Position numbers and translations under genes: made by a program
NCBI GenBank assembly: GCA_963824385.1
Contig: CAWGPD010000001.1
Location: 224,001-288,000 of the forward strand
From: an uncultured Nitrososphaerota archaeon
GTDB lineage: Archaea > Thermoproteota > Nitrososphaeria > Nitrososphaerales > Nitrosopumilaceae
Reading direction: 5' to 3'
Length of the DNA stretch: 64,000 nt
Shown: positions 29,274 through 39,919 of the stretch, one piece after another
Numbering within the stretch: the stretch's first letter is position 1
How the letters are laid out: each line of letters begins with the position of its first letter
The notes under the pieces: model-generated
The model's database searches: none
Told to the model about the DNA's origin: nothing
What the model saw: the letters and a program-made list of their open reading frames with translations, nothing else

Positions 29274-29421
29274 TAACTCGTATAATCAAAGTTGAGTTTA
29301 TAGACTTTGAGTATATTTTATTCTAATTTGATTTTTTATCAAAAAAGTATTATTTCACAATCTCGTTAATTGATACTCATAGACAATGTAAAAATAAGCG
29401 TGAATTGTCTTTTGATGTATC

Positions 29422-29757
29422 ATGTTGCCTTTTGTACTAGACTTGTGGGGATGCATGCCAGAACTTTCCAAGAACTGTGTAGACATGACAAACGCCTCTT
29501 CTACCTATCTTGGAATTGTAGGAGGTGCAATCGTGGGAGGTATAGTCAGCTGGTGGATTTATAACAGACAAAAATACACATCAGAAAAACAAGATCATAT
29601 CCTAGGCAGAATAAAAGATCTTGAAGAAAGTCATACCAACATTTTAAAAAAACTTGAAGACTTTGATGATAAACATGAGAATTCATTTGACTCACTACAA
29701 GATATCAGTAGGAAGGTAGATGTTCTTTTGAAAAAATTTGAAGATTCCTCAAAATAA
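29422..29757 (+). CDS. Membrane-anchored coiled-coil hypothetical protein
   Basis: One TM (YLGIVGGAIVGGIVSWW) followed by a heptad-rich tail. Confidence 0.65.
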   Translation: MLPFVLDLWGCMPELSKNCVDMTNASSTYLGIVGGAIVGGIVSWWIYNRQKYTSEKQDHILGRIKDLEESHTNILKKLEDFDDKHENSFDSLQDISRKVDVLLKKFEDSSK

Positions 29758-29762
29758 TATTT

Positions 29763-29918
29763 TTACTTGTCTGAAAGGGTCCATTTTTGTTCTGTATTCA
29801 TTTTCAATATTTGCTCAGGCGGTATGTCTTTATGGTCAATACCAATATGATGTGTGTACTCTAGTAGGCTAGTAAATTTTTTCTTGCATACAGGGCAGTC
29901 CTTTTCAAAGCCAGTCAT
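29763..29918 (-). CDS. Small C2H2 zinc-finger protein (51 aa)
   Basis: Manual translation MTGFEKDCPVCKKKFTSLLEYTHHIGIDHKDIPPEQILKMNTEQKWTLSDK. Confidence 0.7.
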   Translation of the reverse strand: MTGFEKDCPVCKKKFTSLLEYTHHIGIDHKDIPPEQILKMNTEQKWTLSDK

Positions 29919-29980
29919 TATCATTTAAGATGTCAATTTTGTATTTTAAGATATTTCAGATTATCACTGACTAAAGATCA

Positions 29981-30394
29981 CTAGGAACGAGGTGGCATAT
30001 GAAATATTTTTTGAGGTAAAATTTTTAGGAGGATTCTCTTTTCACTTGGCATTGCAAACGGGTACTTGTCAACTCCCAGATATTTTTTTGCCATTTTATC
30101 TATGTGTTTGTCAGCATCATGAGTTGTCTGTTCTATGACTTTACCCCGTATTGTAACCATGTTGTAAGGATTCTTTTGATCAACTATAGAAATTGCAACT
30201 CTTGGATCTCTTGAGACGTTTCGCTGTTTTACCCTCCCCTCTGCCGTATTTACAATGATTACGCCATCAACCAAGTCAATCCAAGTCGGAGTTATCTGCG
30301 GTGAATTATCTCTCATCAAGGTGGCAACAAATGCCAAATTTTTGTCTTCAAGTAATTTTGCCACTTCAGGAGATATTACGCCAGTTTCAGTCAT
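29981..30394 (-). CDS. PPOX-class F420-dependent oxidoreductase
   Basis: FVATL..D.SPQITPTW, GRVKQRNV.RDPRVAISI. Confidence 0.88.
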   Translation of the reverse strand: MTETGVISPEVAKLLEDKNLAFVATLMRDNSPQITPTWIDLVDGVIIVNTAEGRVKQRNVSRDPRVAISIVDQKNPYNMVTIRGKVIEQTTHDADKHIDKMAKKYLGVDKYPFAMPSEKRILLKILPQKIFHMPPRS

Positions 30395-30999
30395 GGTAGT
30401 TCTGCCTTGCGTCCAAATTTGCCTTCCATCACTATTTCTGATAATGGCTTTCTTGTATTTGGTATTTCACGCACCTGTAGTTCTGGCGATAGTTTTTCCT
30501 TGGGTCCTCTTTTTCCAATTGCAACCATTGCAACTACATCATAATCATCAGGCACTGCCAAATCCTTTCTTGCTTTTTCATAATCAAATCCTGCCATTGC
30601 ATGAGTGATCAGTCCTTGTGAAACTGCCTGTAATGCAAGATTTTCACATGCAGCGCCTGTATCAAATTGGTGCGTTATAGACGGCTTTTCATTATTCTCA
30701 AAGTTTTTCCTAGAAACTATAACAACTAGAGCAAAAGCATCAGCACACCACTGTTTATTAAAATCTACAAGAAGATTGAAAAAAACGTTCCAGTTTTTTG
30801 AGTTTCTCTTTGCATAGATAAATCTCCATGGCTGACTGTTAGAAGATGATGGTGCCCATCGTGCAGCTTCAAAAAGAGAAAATAGTTCTTTATCACTAAT
30901 TTCTTCACTTACAAATGATCTTGGAGACCACCTGTTTACTATTAGTGGATTAATTTCATATGTTGTACTTCGTGTTTTCCCAACCTCGAGGTCTATCAT
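30391..30999 (-). CDS. Nitroreductase family protein
   Basis: RWSPRSF, EAARWAPSSSNSQPWRF. Confidence 0.92.
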   Translation of the reverse strand: MIDLEVGKTRSTTYEINPLIVNRWSPRSFVSEEISDKELFSLFEAARWAPSSSNSQPWRFIYAKRNSKNWNVFFNLLVDFNKQWCADAFALVVIVSRKNFENNEKPSITHQFDTGAACENLALQAVSQGLITHAMAGFDYEKARKDLAVPDDYDVVAMVAIGKRGPKEKLSPELQVREIPNTRKPLSEIVMEGKFGRKAELP

Positions 31000-31131
31000 A
31001 AATAGTGCACATGGTCTTTGATACTTAAGGTTAACAGTACGTTTCTAACAATCTATCAAATCAGAGTTTTATAGGTTAAAGATTTTTTTATAATTACACC
31101 AGATCAGAGATAGAAAAAATAGATTATTGTA

Positions 31132-31758
31132 TTATTTTTTCATGTTATCAATATAAGAAAACACAGGTCTAAGATATCTACTTGAAGCAATTACAGCACA
31201 TGCAATACCAGTTCCAAGAAGTATGCCGCCTACTACATCTAGTGGATAATGAACCCCCACGTATATTCTAGAATATGATACCAGTAATGCCTCAATTCCA
31301 AGAATTATTGAAAATACAATCTGTTTTCCTTTATTAAATCTCAAGAGAAGTATAGCAGCTCCTGCTGAAACAATTACAGCATGACCCGAAGGAAAAGATG
31401 GGTCAGATTCACTGCGTACCAGTAAATTCTCACTAGATGGCCTGGTTCTGTCTATTTCATTTTTAAGCACAGTGCCTAGTGGAATTAATATCAGAAAGGC
31501 TATTGTAAGCAATACTGCTGTTTTTCGACCGTCTTTTTTACCCAGTACTGCAAGTAAAATAATTACAGATATCCATACTACTTCTCTGCCATATTTTGTA
31601 AAATCAACCATTATTTTACTGAAAGTTTTGCCATGAGGATTGTTTATAGATTGAAATGAAGAAGCGTCCCATTTTGTAATCTCACTATTACTAGAGATCA
31701 GAAAAGATAGAATTACAAAACCTGCAAGCAATATTGCAGACACTACAACATACTTCAT
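31132..31758 (-). CDS. PAP2 family membrane phosphatase
   Basis: K......RP, SFPSGH, SRIYVGVHYPLDV. Confidence 0.92.
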   Translation of the reverse strand: MKYVVVSAILLAGFVILSFLISSNSEITKWDASSFQSINNPHGKTFSKIMVDFTKYGREVVWISVIILLAVLGKKDGRKTAVLLTIAFLILIPLGTVLKNEIDRTRPSSENLLVRSESDPSFPSGHAVIVSAGAAILLLRFNKGKQIVFSIILGIEALLVSYSRIYVGVHYPLDVVGGILLGTGIACAVIASSRYLRPVFSYIDNMKK

Positions 31759-31803
31759 ACATTATAATGAAAATGGCGGGTGGTATAAAATAGATTACAT
31801 CAC

Positions 31804-31950
31804 TCATTTGCCAAGACAAAGATCATGTACTTGATCGTCACTTTCCCTGCGACAAGACTTGCAGTAAAACTTGTATGGCTTGTTACATACAAGACAAGTC
31901 TTCAGGGATTGAAGTTCATACCCACAGTAACGACATGCATCAATTCTCAT
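31804..31950 (-). CDS. Small Cys-rich zinc-finger protein
   Basis: MRIDACRYC...CLVC...CKSC...HDLC. Confidence 0.7.
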   Translation of the reverse strand: MRIDACRYCGYELQSLKTCLVCNKPYKFYCKSCRRESDDQVHDLCLGK

Positions 31951-32143
31951 TTTCGGACAAACTTGGAAATTAAAATATTTAACAATTCTACAAGATTTCA
32001 TAAGGGGAATATGCAGTAGTGTAAGCTAATTTATCATCCTACATTCATAGAACAAGAAACAATTCCATAATGATGCGGCGTGACAAATTAGATTAATAAT
32101 TGCAAGAAGAGGTTGGAGATTAGGTACATGTGATAATTAAAAT

Positions 32144-33532
32144 TTATTCTACTCTATGATGTATAACAAGTTGATCATAATACCTTACTGATTTTACATT
32201 TACAAATTCCATCATTCCATATCTTGAAAGTTCACGTCCAAAACCACTTTGTTTTACTCCACCAAATGGAATTCTAGGATCAGATATGACTACATTATTT
32301 ACAGTAACAATGCCTGATTCTATTTGTCTAGATAATTTTTCTGCTTTTTCCAGATTTAGTGTCCAAATACTGGCTCCAAGGCCATATTGTGAGGAGTTGG
32401 CTAGTTTTATTGCCTCATTTTCGTCTTCTACTACAGTTACTGGGGCTACCGGCCCAAATGCCTCCTCATGTGCTACCAGCATGTCTGGAGTAATTTTATC
32501 AAGAACAGTCGGGGCATAGAAATAACCCTTACTTTTGAGCCTCTTGCCTCCTGTAAGAATTTGGGCACCCTTGTCTACTGCGTCTTTTACAATTTCCTCT
32601 ATTCGGTGTAAACCATCAGCATTTACAAGTGGTCCCATGTCAGTTGTATCAGACATTGGATCTCCCACAACAAGTTTTTCTGTTTTTTGGACAAATTTTT
32701 CAATGAATTCTTTTGCATGATTTTTTACTACAAAGAATCTCTTTGATGCGATACAACTTTGTCCACAATTGATGAATCTTCCTTTAACTGCACCAGTAGA
32801 AGCTTTTTCCACATCAGCATCAGTACACACTATAAACGGATCACTTCCGCCCAATTCCAAAACACATTTTTTGATTTGTCCAGAAGCTCTTTGTGCAACT
32901 TTTGCCCCAACAACATTACTGCCAGTAAAAGTTACTGCGTTAATATCAGAATCAATTAATTTTTCTGCCATTTTAGAATCGCTTACCAACGTTTGGAAAA
33001 TCCCTTCTGGAAATCCAGCATTTCTAAACATGTTTTCCATTTCTATACCACATTGCATAGTAACACTTGCAGGCTTTAGAACAATTGTATTTCCAGCCAT
33101 AAGCGATGGAGCTGCAAATCTTAATGCCTGCCAATATGGAAAGTTCCACGGCATTATACTGGCAATAATTCCAACTGGTTCAAAAGCGATAAAACTTTTT
33201 CTTGCATCAGTATTGACAACTTCAGTATTTAGAAACGTTTCACCATTGTCGCCATAAAATTCCATTGCCCATGCACATTTTTCAACTTCGGCAAGTGATT
33301 CTTTTAGCGGCTTGCCCATTTCTTGAGTAGCAGTTTTTGCAAGAGCATCCTTGTTTTTTCGAAGTTCGGCCGAGAGAATATGCAAAAACATTGATCTTTT
33401 CTTTGGATCAACTTTCCACTTTGAAAATGCCTCTCGGGATTTGGCAACTTTATTTTTAAGCTCGGCCTCTGTTATTACTTGATATTCTGCAATCACCTCT
33501 TCAGTGGCAGGATTAATTGTAGTAATTGTCAT
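32144..33532 (-). CDS. NAD(P)-dependent aldehyde dehydrogenase (succinate-semialdehyde dehydrogenase-like)
   Basis: MPWNFP, FTGS, LELGGSD, GQSCI, EEAFGP, PFGGVKQSG. Confidence 0.92.
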   Translation of the reverse strand: MTITTINPATEEVIAEYQVITEAELKNKVAKSREAFSKWKVDPKKRSMFLHILSAELRKNKDALAKTATQEMGKPLKESLAEVEKCAWAMEFYGDNGETFLNTEVVNTDARKSFIAFEPVGIIASIMPWNFPYWQALRFAAPSLMAGNTIVLKPASVTMQCGIEMENMFRNAGFPEGIFQTLVSDSKMAEKLIDSDINAVTFTGSNVVGAKVAQRASGQIKKCVLELGGSDPFIVCTDADVEKASTGAVKGRFINCGQSCIASKRFFVVKNHAKEFIEKFVQKTEKLVVGDPMSDTTDMGPLVNADGLHRIEEIVKDAVDKGAQILTGGKRLKSKGYFYAPTVLDKITPDMLVAHEEAFGPVAPVTVVEDENEAIKLANSSQYGLGASIWTLNLEKAEKLSRQIESGIVTVNNVVISDPRIPFGGVKQSGFGRELSRYGMMEFVNVKSVRYYDQLVIHHRVE

Positions 33533-33587
33533 CTAAAACGAGATTAATAACAAAAGGTTATATACCTTTGGTTGGTTACAATATCCT

Positions 33588-34007
33588 ATGAATGGTAACT
33601 ATAACCAACCAGACCCAACAACAATGTTTAGAGATTGGATTCAACAAAGCGGTAAAGCCCAGATGGACTTTATGAGAACCTTTGGCGATATGATGTACCG
33701 TAATCATCAATCTAATCCACTTGACACATTAAAAGAAATGGCAGACACTACAACCAAAGCACAATCAGAATTTGTGCAAACAGTTGCCGAATCAGGATCA
33801 AAATCCATGTTCAATTGGTTTAATCTTGCACAGGGTTTGCCACAATTTTCAGCATGGGGAGCCTTTAAGACAACAGTTGGAAGTAACGGACGCATTTCCA
33901 TACCAGAAGCAGAAAGAGAAGCAATCGGAATCAGAGAAAATGATCTGGTTCAGGTAATAGTAGTTCCAATCTACAAAAACAAATCACAACCGGAGGTGAA
34001 AAAATGA
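33588..34007 (+). CDS. AbrB-domain regulator, PhaR-like
   Basis: C-terminal FKTTVGSNGRISIPEAEREAIGI...DLVQV. Sits in the PHA cluster, coupled to a phasin-like gene. Confidence 0.75.
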   Translation: MNGNYNQPDPTTMFRDWIQQSGKAQMDFMRTFGDMMYRNHQSNPLDTLKEMADTTTKAQSEFVQTVAESGSKSMFNWFNLAQGLPQFSAWGAFKTTVGSNGRISIPEAEREAIGIRENDLVQVIVVPIYKNKSQPEVKK

Positions 34008-34420
34008 GCAAAGCAGATACAACAAAAGAAGCATATGGAGTATACAAGCAAAACGTGAATCGTTATTTTGAAGAAGTAGAAAAAAGTGTTGCACAATACA
34101 TTCAAGCAGTGTCTAACCTTCAACAGGAATTCGCTACATCATACAAAAATGCAGTAGAAACAGCAATTGAATTCCAACATGAAGCAGCAACAAAAAGCGG
34201 TCTTAATGCAAACCTTCCACCAAGTTATCTCAAAGCAATCAATGATGCAACTGAGGAGATAGTAAAAACAAGTTCCATACAGAACAAGGCAGTAATTACA
34301 GCAATGGAAGCAGCAAGACAAAACATCAAGACATTCAATGATAACTTGAAAGCATTCACAACTATGGATGCAAATATACTACAATCGTGGTTCTCAGCAT
34401 GGACTCCCAGCAAGAACTAG
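34004..34420 (+). CDS. Phasin-like amphipathic helical protein
   Basis: All-alpha Ala/Gln-rich sequence, overlapping the AbrB gene and adjacent to phaC. Confidence 0.55.
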   Translation: MSKADTTKEAYGVYKQNVNRYFEEVEKSVAQYIQAVSNLQQEFATSYKNAVETAIEFQHEAATKSGLNANLPPSYLKAINDATEEIVKTSSIQNKAVITAMEAARQNIKTFNDNLKAFTTMDANILQSWFSAWTPSKN

Positions 34421-34437
34421 ATTAAATCTTTAATTTT

Positions 34438-35511
34438 TTATTTTTTTTCAGATCTTTCAGATAACCATTGGACAAACTCGGGAAGAACTTTTTTCTGAGA
34501 AAATGAGCTTGCTATCATACCGACATGCCCAGTAGGGTAAATTTTTAGAGTTTTATCTTCACTAGATACAGCATAATGAATGGGCATGCTACATTCAGGG
34601 GATACAAGATGATCTCCCACAGCAACTTGAGTTAGAAGCGGTACTGCAATGTTCTTCAAAGAGACTTGTTTTCCTCCCACGTACATGTTGTTATTGATAA
34701 GAAGATTATCTTGATAGACATCCTTTATCCACTGTCTGTAGAGTTCGCCTGGGATTGGAGGCGTATCGTTAACCCACTTTTCTACTCGGATAAAATTCTC
34801 AACGTATTCCTTATTGTGAATATTTTTAAAGAAATTCAAATATTTTTCCATGCCCTGCTCAAACGGTTTGAGAATAGAGAAGACATAGTACATAAGCTCA
34901 GGAGGCATATTGCCCACGGTATCAACCAACTTGTCAACATCCATGTGTTTTGCAAGATTTGATACAACTGTACTATCTCGTCTTCCATCTATTATCGGGG
35001 CTGTGAGAATTAGATTTTCAATTTTCTTTGGATGAAGTGAAGTATATACAGTAGAAAGTGTTCCTCCAGTACAATATCCCTGAAGCGAGATTTTATCAGA
35101 TGAAGATTCTTTTCTTACAAAATCAATGCAGTTGTCCATGTAACCATTGACATAATCATCAAAGCCTTCATGTTGATTAATTTGAGTAGGCGTTCCCCAA
35201 TCAATAAGATAAACATCTACTCCATTAGTTAGTAAATTTCTTATCCAACTCTTTTTTGGATGAATATCAAAAATATGAAATCTGTTAACTAGAGCATAAG
35301 CTATAACAAGTGGAGTCTTCATTTGTTTGGCAGCAAGCGGGCTGAAGTGAAGTAGGCGAACTTTATCTTCAGTGTGAACCACTTCATACGGAGTCACTTC
35401 AAGATTTATCTCTTCAAGAGACTGGGCAAGATTTGGCGCATCAAGAATATTCTTGTTTAGCGTGATAAATTCTGCCAATAGCTTTGGGTCTATCCTAATC
35501 TCGTTAGCCAT
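34438..35511 (-). CDS. phaC: Class III poly(hydroxyalkanoate) synthase PhaC
   Basis: TPLVIAYALVNR, YLIDWG, lipase box GYCTGG, DHLV, GHVG. Confidence 0.92.
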   Translation of the reverse strand: MANEIRIDPKLLAEFITLNKNILDAPNLAQSLEEINLEVTPYEVVHTEDKVRLLHFSPLAAKQMKTPLVIAYALVNRFHIFDIHPKKSWIRNLLTNGVDVYLIDWGTPTQINQHEGFDDYVNGYMDNCIDFVRKESSSDKISLQGYCTGGTLSTVYTSLHPKKIENLILTAPIIDGRRDSTVVSNLAKHMDVDKLVDTVGNMPPELMYYVFSILKPFEQGMEKYLNFFKNIHNKEYVENFIRVEKWVNDTPPIPGELYRQWIKDVYQDNLLINNNMYVGGKQVSLKNIAVPLLTQVAVGDHLVSPECSMPIHYAVSSEDKTLKIYPTGHVGMIASSFSQKKVLPEFVQWLSERSEKK

Positions 35512-35514
35512 TCT

Positions 35515-36081
35515 TTATGTTACTTCCGTGTTGGTTATTTTTTCAAGTTTGGCAACTCTTTTTCGCAAAGAGTGTAATTCTTGGTACACTTCATCCATGT
35601 CCTTTTTGGTAGGCATGTTTGCACTTTCAAGTAATGCCGAAGTCATATTATTCCAGTGTTTTGCAATCTCAAGCTCACTTGTTACAAGTTTACCGAAATT
35701 TTCGGCAAATTCAGACGAGTCAAAGAGTTTTGTAAAATAATTTTCAAACATGTCAATCCAGATACGCTTTGATGCCTCCATATTTTCTATATCGTTTGGA
35801 AGTTCTGGTACCTTTCTAGAGTATTCCTTTTGAGCCTCGTTCCAGGTATCAGCAAGCTGTTTGTAGTAAGCCGCAAGTCTTGAATTAAATTCTGTCATAT
35901 CTTCATTCATCTCAATTGTCTCAGTGCTCAGTTTTTTGGCAGTAACGGCAAATTTTCGAAATGGACCCGTAGCTGTGATAGTCTGTTGCTTGTTTGACAT
36001 CAAAAACAACAGATCTGTCCAGAATAGTGAGGTATGCTTGTAATCAGCAAGTGATTTTTTCAAATCTGGTGGAATGGACAT
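35515..36081 (-). CDS. phaE: PHA synthase subunit PhaE
   Basis: IWID..E..F..LF.S.EF and NMPTKKDMDEVYQELHSLRKRV. Immediately upstream of phaC. Confidence 0.85.
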   Translation of the reverse strand: MSIPPDLKKSLADYKHTSLFWTDLLFLMSNKQQTITATGPFRKFAVTAKKLSTETIEMNEDMTEFNSRLAAYYKQLADTWNEAQKEYSRKVPELPNDIENMEASKRIWIDMFENYFTKLFDSSEFAENFGKLVTSELEIAKHWNNMTSALLESANMPTKKDMDEVYQELHSLRKRVAKLEKITNTEVT

Positions 36082-36186
36082 GGTTAGGTAGAATGTAATG
36101 GTTTTCACTACATATAGAGATTACTTCATTTATCAGTCAAAAAAGAAATAGCTAATTGTTAAAAATAAGCTCGGACAAGTAACTGT

Positions 36187-36633
36187 ATGACAATGAGTAA
36201 AACAACACCTCAAGAAAACAAGGCAGAAGATACACCCGTATTATCAGTATGTGATGTAATGAGAGACAATACAAATCAGGTTATAATGAAAGTTGAGAGT
36301 CTACTTCCTACATACATTGAAAGTATTGCCAACCTCCAGGAGGAATACTTGCACATTGCAAGAGACTTTTTTGGAACCTGTTATATTGCAGAAAAAGAAC
36401 TACTGGACAAGTTGGGTGTAGATCACAAGGCTATCGAGGGTTTTGACAAATATCTCAAGGTTTTAACAAAATATACCATATTAGATATAGACATGGCAAC
36501 CAATTTTCAGAAAACATTTGTTACCAATACCTTATCGGCCATGAAGACATATGATAATTATGTAAAACTCATGTTGTCAGAATATGCCAAGATGTTAGAA
36601 TATACATCTGCCATGTTACCCAAGAAAAACTGA
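36187..36633 (+). CDS. Helical hypothetical protein, possibly a second phasin
   Basis: YIESIANLQEEY resembles YIQAVSNLQQEF of 34004-34420. Confidence 0.6.
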   Translation: MTMSKTTPQENKAEDTPVLSVCDVMRDNTNQVIMKVESLLPTYIESIANLQEEYLHIARDFFGTCYIAEKELLDKLGVDHKAIEGFDKYLKVLTKYTILDIDMATNFQKTFVTNTLSAMKTYDNYVKLMLSEYAKMLEYTSAMLPKKN

Positions 36634-36725
36634 TCGCTATATAATTATTATAAATAGTTCTTATCAACTAGTCATAACTAGTACCAACAAAACCTTATTT
36701 TGCGTATAAAACTCAAAAAAAAGGA

Positions 36726-37511
36726 ATGGAGGAAAAATTTGTTACGATAAATAGAAATAAAATAAGATATTTGGAAGACGGTAAATCAGATCGGAACGTA
36801 CTGTTACTACATGGGCTTGGAGGATATGCTGAAAGATGGAGTAATGCAATGCCATTTTTGGCTAAAAAATTTCACCTATATGTTCCAGATATGATAGGAT
36901 ACGGACAAAGTGACAAGCCTACTGCAGATTATACCCCTGAATATTTTGCAAAATTTGTTTTTGAGTTCATGGATGCAGTAGGAATTAAAAAAACATTCAT
37001 GATTGGAACTTCACTTGGAGGTCAGGTAGTAGTAGAATGTGCAGCAACCCAACTTCCAACAATAAAGAAGATTATTTTAATTTCTCCTGCAGGAATAATG
37101 AGAAAATCCACTCCCGTACTTGATGCATATACCATGGCTGCACTATATCCTACCAAGGAAGCTGTAAAGAACGCATATCAGATGATGGTAGGTCCAGGCA
37201 AGGAGGTATCAGAAATATCAATTGAGAGGTTTGTCAATAACATGTCAAGGCCAAATGCAAAGATGGTATTTCTATCAACACTTTTGGGACTCAAAAATGC
37301 TCCTGATATTTTTGAAAAGCTAGGAAAGATCACATCACCTACTCTTGTGATCTGGGGAAAAGAGGATAAACTCATACCGTTTGAATATGCGCAACAATTT
37401 GTTTCAGCTATTAATGACTGTAAATTTATCCCAATGGAAGGATGCGGACATTCCCCATATGTTGAAGACCCAGAAAAACTCTCAGAGCTAGTGATCAAGT
37501 TTCTTTCATAA
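36726..37511 (+). CDS. Alpha/beta-fold hydrolase
   Basis: LLHGLGG, PDMIGYGQS, GTSLGG, WGKED, GH. Confidence 0.92.
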   Translation: MEEKFVTINRNKIRYLEDGKSDRNVLLLHGLGGYAERWSNAMPFLAKKFHLYVPDMIGYGQSDKPTADYTPEYFAKFVFEFMDAVGIKKTFMIGTSLGGQVVVECAATQLPTIKKIILISPAGIMRKSTPVLDAYTMAALYPTKEAVKNAYQMMVGPGKEVSEISIERFVNNMSRPNAKMVFLSTLLGLKNAPDIFEKLGKITSPTLVIWGKEDKLIPFEYAQQFVSAINDCKFIPMEGCGHSPYVEDPEKLSELVIKFLS

Positions 37512-37628
37512 TAAATTGTTCCACATAACAAAATCAATCATGAGAATCATAATCAATGTAAATAAGCATAATCTTAGAAGTGTCTATATGAATAACATAA
37601 TCGTACAAGAGAAAGGACATTATACGTT

Positions 37629-38438
37629 ATGAATTTATTTTTAAAAGATAAATCATTAGAAGAAGTATTACCAGAATCAATATTTTCTACGCCTGCAGTA
37701 AGTATTAGAGTAGAGGATACATTGGGAGAAGCAGCAACGCTTCTTCCACATCATCTTGAAACATTAACTGATTCGCTAGTTGTTACAAGTAATGACAGGC
37801 CAGTTGGCGTAATAGGAGGAATTGAAGTTTTAGAAGGAATTCTAAAAAATCAAAGTAGAGAATTTCTTGACAAGACAAAGATTGGAGATGTAATGGCCAA
37901 GAATCTTGTAATCATGAATTCAAAGAGTAAATTTTCAGAATTGGTGGATAGATGGTTGGAAACCAGAAGGGCATTTTCCATAATACCAAATCAGTACAAG
38001 GGATATTCAGTAATATCTGCAAGAAAGATTCTCGAAGTTGGCACTTTTTTTAAAATTAATACTACAATCTCTTCAATTCCTACAAAAAAAATAATCACAT
38101 TCCACAAAAGTGATACAGTAAGGCAGATTATACAACGAATGTTCGATAATGAGACTCGAAAGCTAGTGTTAGAAGGCACTTCATTCTACATCAATGACAG
38201 AATAATCATACAAAAATTAGTCAGAGAGTTTAACTGCCTCAGAGAGGGACAAGACTTCTTGGGAATGAATTCAGACACTTTTAACCTAGAAGAGGCAAAT
38301 AATGTATCGGGCGACCTTACAATCACCAAAGCATGTAAAATTATGCAAGATATGAAATCACCCTATCTGAGAGTGAATGATAAAGTCATCAGTCCATGGG
38401 ATATGGTTTTAATTCTAAATTCTGAAAACTTGTCATAA
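37629..38438 (+). CDS. CBS-domain protein
   Basis: Degenerate CBS repeats (DTLGEAA..L; DRPVGVI; DTVRQII.RM). Confidence 0.7.
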   Translation: MNLFLKDKSLEEVLPESIFSTPAVSIRVEDTLGEAATLLPHHLETLTDSLVVTSNDRPVGVIGGIEVLEGILKNQSREFLDKTKIGDVMAKNLVIMNSKSKFSELVDRWLETRRAFSIIPNQYKGYSVISARKILEVGTFFKINTTISSIPTKKIITFHKSDTVRQIIQRMFDNETRKLVLEGTSFYINDRIIIQKLVREFNCLREGQDFLGMNSDTFNLEEANNVSGDLTITKACKIMQDMKSPYLRVNDKVISPWDMVLILNSENLS

Positions 38439-38542
38439 TTTACAAGAAATCATAACACTTGATTATTTCTTCAAGAGACTTGCAAATGAGAAAAATAGAA
38501 AACATCATAATCCAATGTCAAGATAGAGATGACAGATAAAAA

Positions 38543-39625
38543 TTGTCTACAGTAAAAAATGCAAAAAACTGCGAGGAAAATGTCCTAGTTTTACAAGGAG
38601 GGGGCTCTCTTGGAGCATACGAGTGCGGAGTCTACAAATCTATCCATAAACTCAAAATAAAATTAGACGTAGTTGCAGGTACTTCAATTGGAGGGATAAA
38701 TTCAGCCATTATTGCCGCAAGTAAAAGTGATGACCCAGCAAGAGATCTTGAAGAATTTTGGCTAACATTAGCAGAGACTGTAATACCACATTTTCTTCCA
38801 GAGTGGTTAAGAGAGATGTCATCTTCATTGTATTCCGCCATGTGGGGAAATTCAAACGCATTTCTTCCACTTTGGTTAAGACCATCTCTTGATTTTACAT
38901 ATAATTTCCCATATCTGTATGATATTACACCCCTGAAGAAGACCTTAGAAAAATTTGTAGATTATTCCAAGCTTAAAGAAAAGTCAAGACCTAGACTGAT
39001 TGTAACATCTACTGATGTTCAGAATGGAAAACCATCTACATTTGATAGTAAATACGACAACTTTACGTCAGACCATGTTCTTGCAAGTGCCGGATATCCA
39101 TTTTACGGGATTTCTTGGACTAAAGTAGGTAACAGATACCTATGGGACGGGACACTTTTGAGCAATACACCGCTCAGAGAAGTTATAGACGCATCTCCAA
39201 TTTGCGACAAAAAAGTAATTATAGTAAATCTATTTCCCCGCAACCAAGAGGAACTTCCTCGTAACATGTCAGAATCATGGCACAGAGCAAGAGATATCAT
39301 GCATACAGACAAGACAGACCAATCAGTACGAATGTCCAAAATAATCTCAAGATATCTACTAATGATAAAAAAGATGTATGATATCTTGGAATCTACACCG
39401 CTTGATGAGAAAAATAAGAAAAAATTCAACGAGTTAGAGTCAGAGTATCATAGACTTGCATGCGAAAGGGGCACTGTAATCAAAGAGATAGTCCGAGTTG
39501 AAAGAAAAGAAGAATCTCACTATCTATTTGAAGATGCTGATTTTTCAGTGGATACAGTAAAGAAGCTTATACAAAATGGGGAAAGAGATGCAGAAAAAAT
39601 CCTGGCAGATTTTGGAAAAAACTGA
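38543..39625 (+). CDS. Patatin-like phospholipase family protein (candidate PHA depolymerase)
   Basis: GGGSLG, GTSIG, WDGT. Confidence 0.88.
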   Translation: MSTVKNAKNCEENVLVLQGGGSLGAYECGVYKSIHKLKIKLDVVAGTSIGGINSAIIAASKSDDPARDLEEFWLTLAETVIPHFLPEWLREMSSSLYSAMWGNSNAFLPLWLRPSLDFTYNFPYLYDITPLKKTLEKFVDYSKLKEKSRPRLIVTSTDVQNGKPSTFDSKYDNFTSDHVLASAGYPFYGISWTKVGNRYLWDGTLLSNTPLREVIDASPICDKKVIIVNLFPRNQEELPRNMSESWHRARDIMHTDKTDQSVRMSKIISRYLLMIKKMYDILESTPLDEKNKKKFNELESEYHRLACERGTVIKEIVRVERKEESHYLFEDADFSVDTVKKLIQNGERDAEKILADFGKN

Positions 39626-39738
39626 TATTTCAGAATTATAAAAATAGAAAATATTTGTGGTTATCATATAGCAAGTTGGTAATACTGGCATCTTCAAAAG
39701 TTATAAGTAAAGAGTTTTAGCAAATATTGAACAAAAAA

Positions 39739-39867
39739 TTGAGCGATAAAAAGAAACCCAATGATAACGAAGAATTTCTTGATGAATCTTCCGAAGATAG
39801 CGAGGATGAACTCGATGAATTTCTGGATGATGAGTTTGAGGAAGACAACTCTTCAGAAAAATCTTGA
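39739..39867 (+). CDS. Putative highly acidic 42-aa protein
   Basis: TTG start, MSDKKKPNDNEEFLDESSEDSEDELDEFLDDEFEEDNSSEKS. TTATAA at 39701. Confidence 0.5.
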   Translation: MSDKKKPNDNEEFLDESSEDSEDELDEFLDDEFEEDNSSEKS

Positions 39868-39919
39868 TTTTAAAAATATATAACAATCACTTAAAAGTGA
39901 GAGTTGGTTTTAATACATA

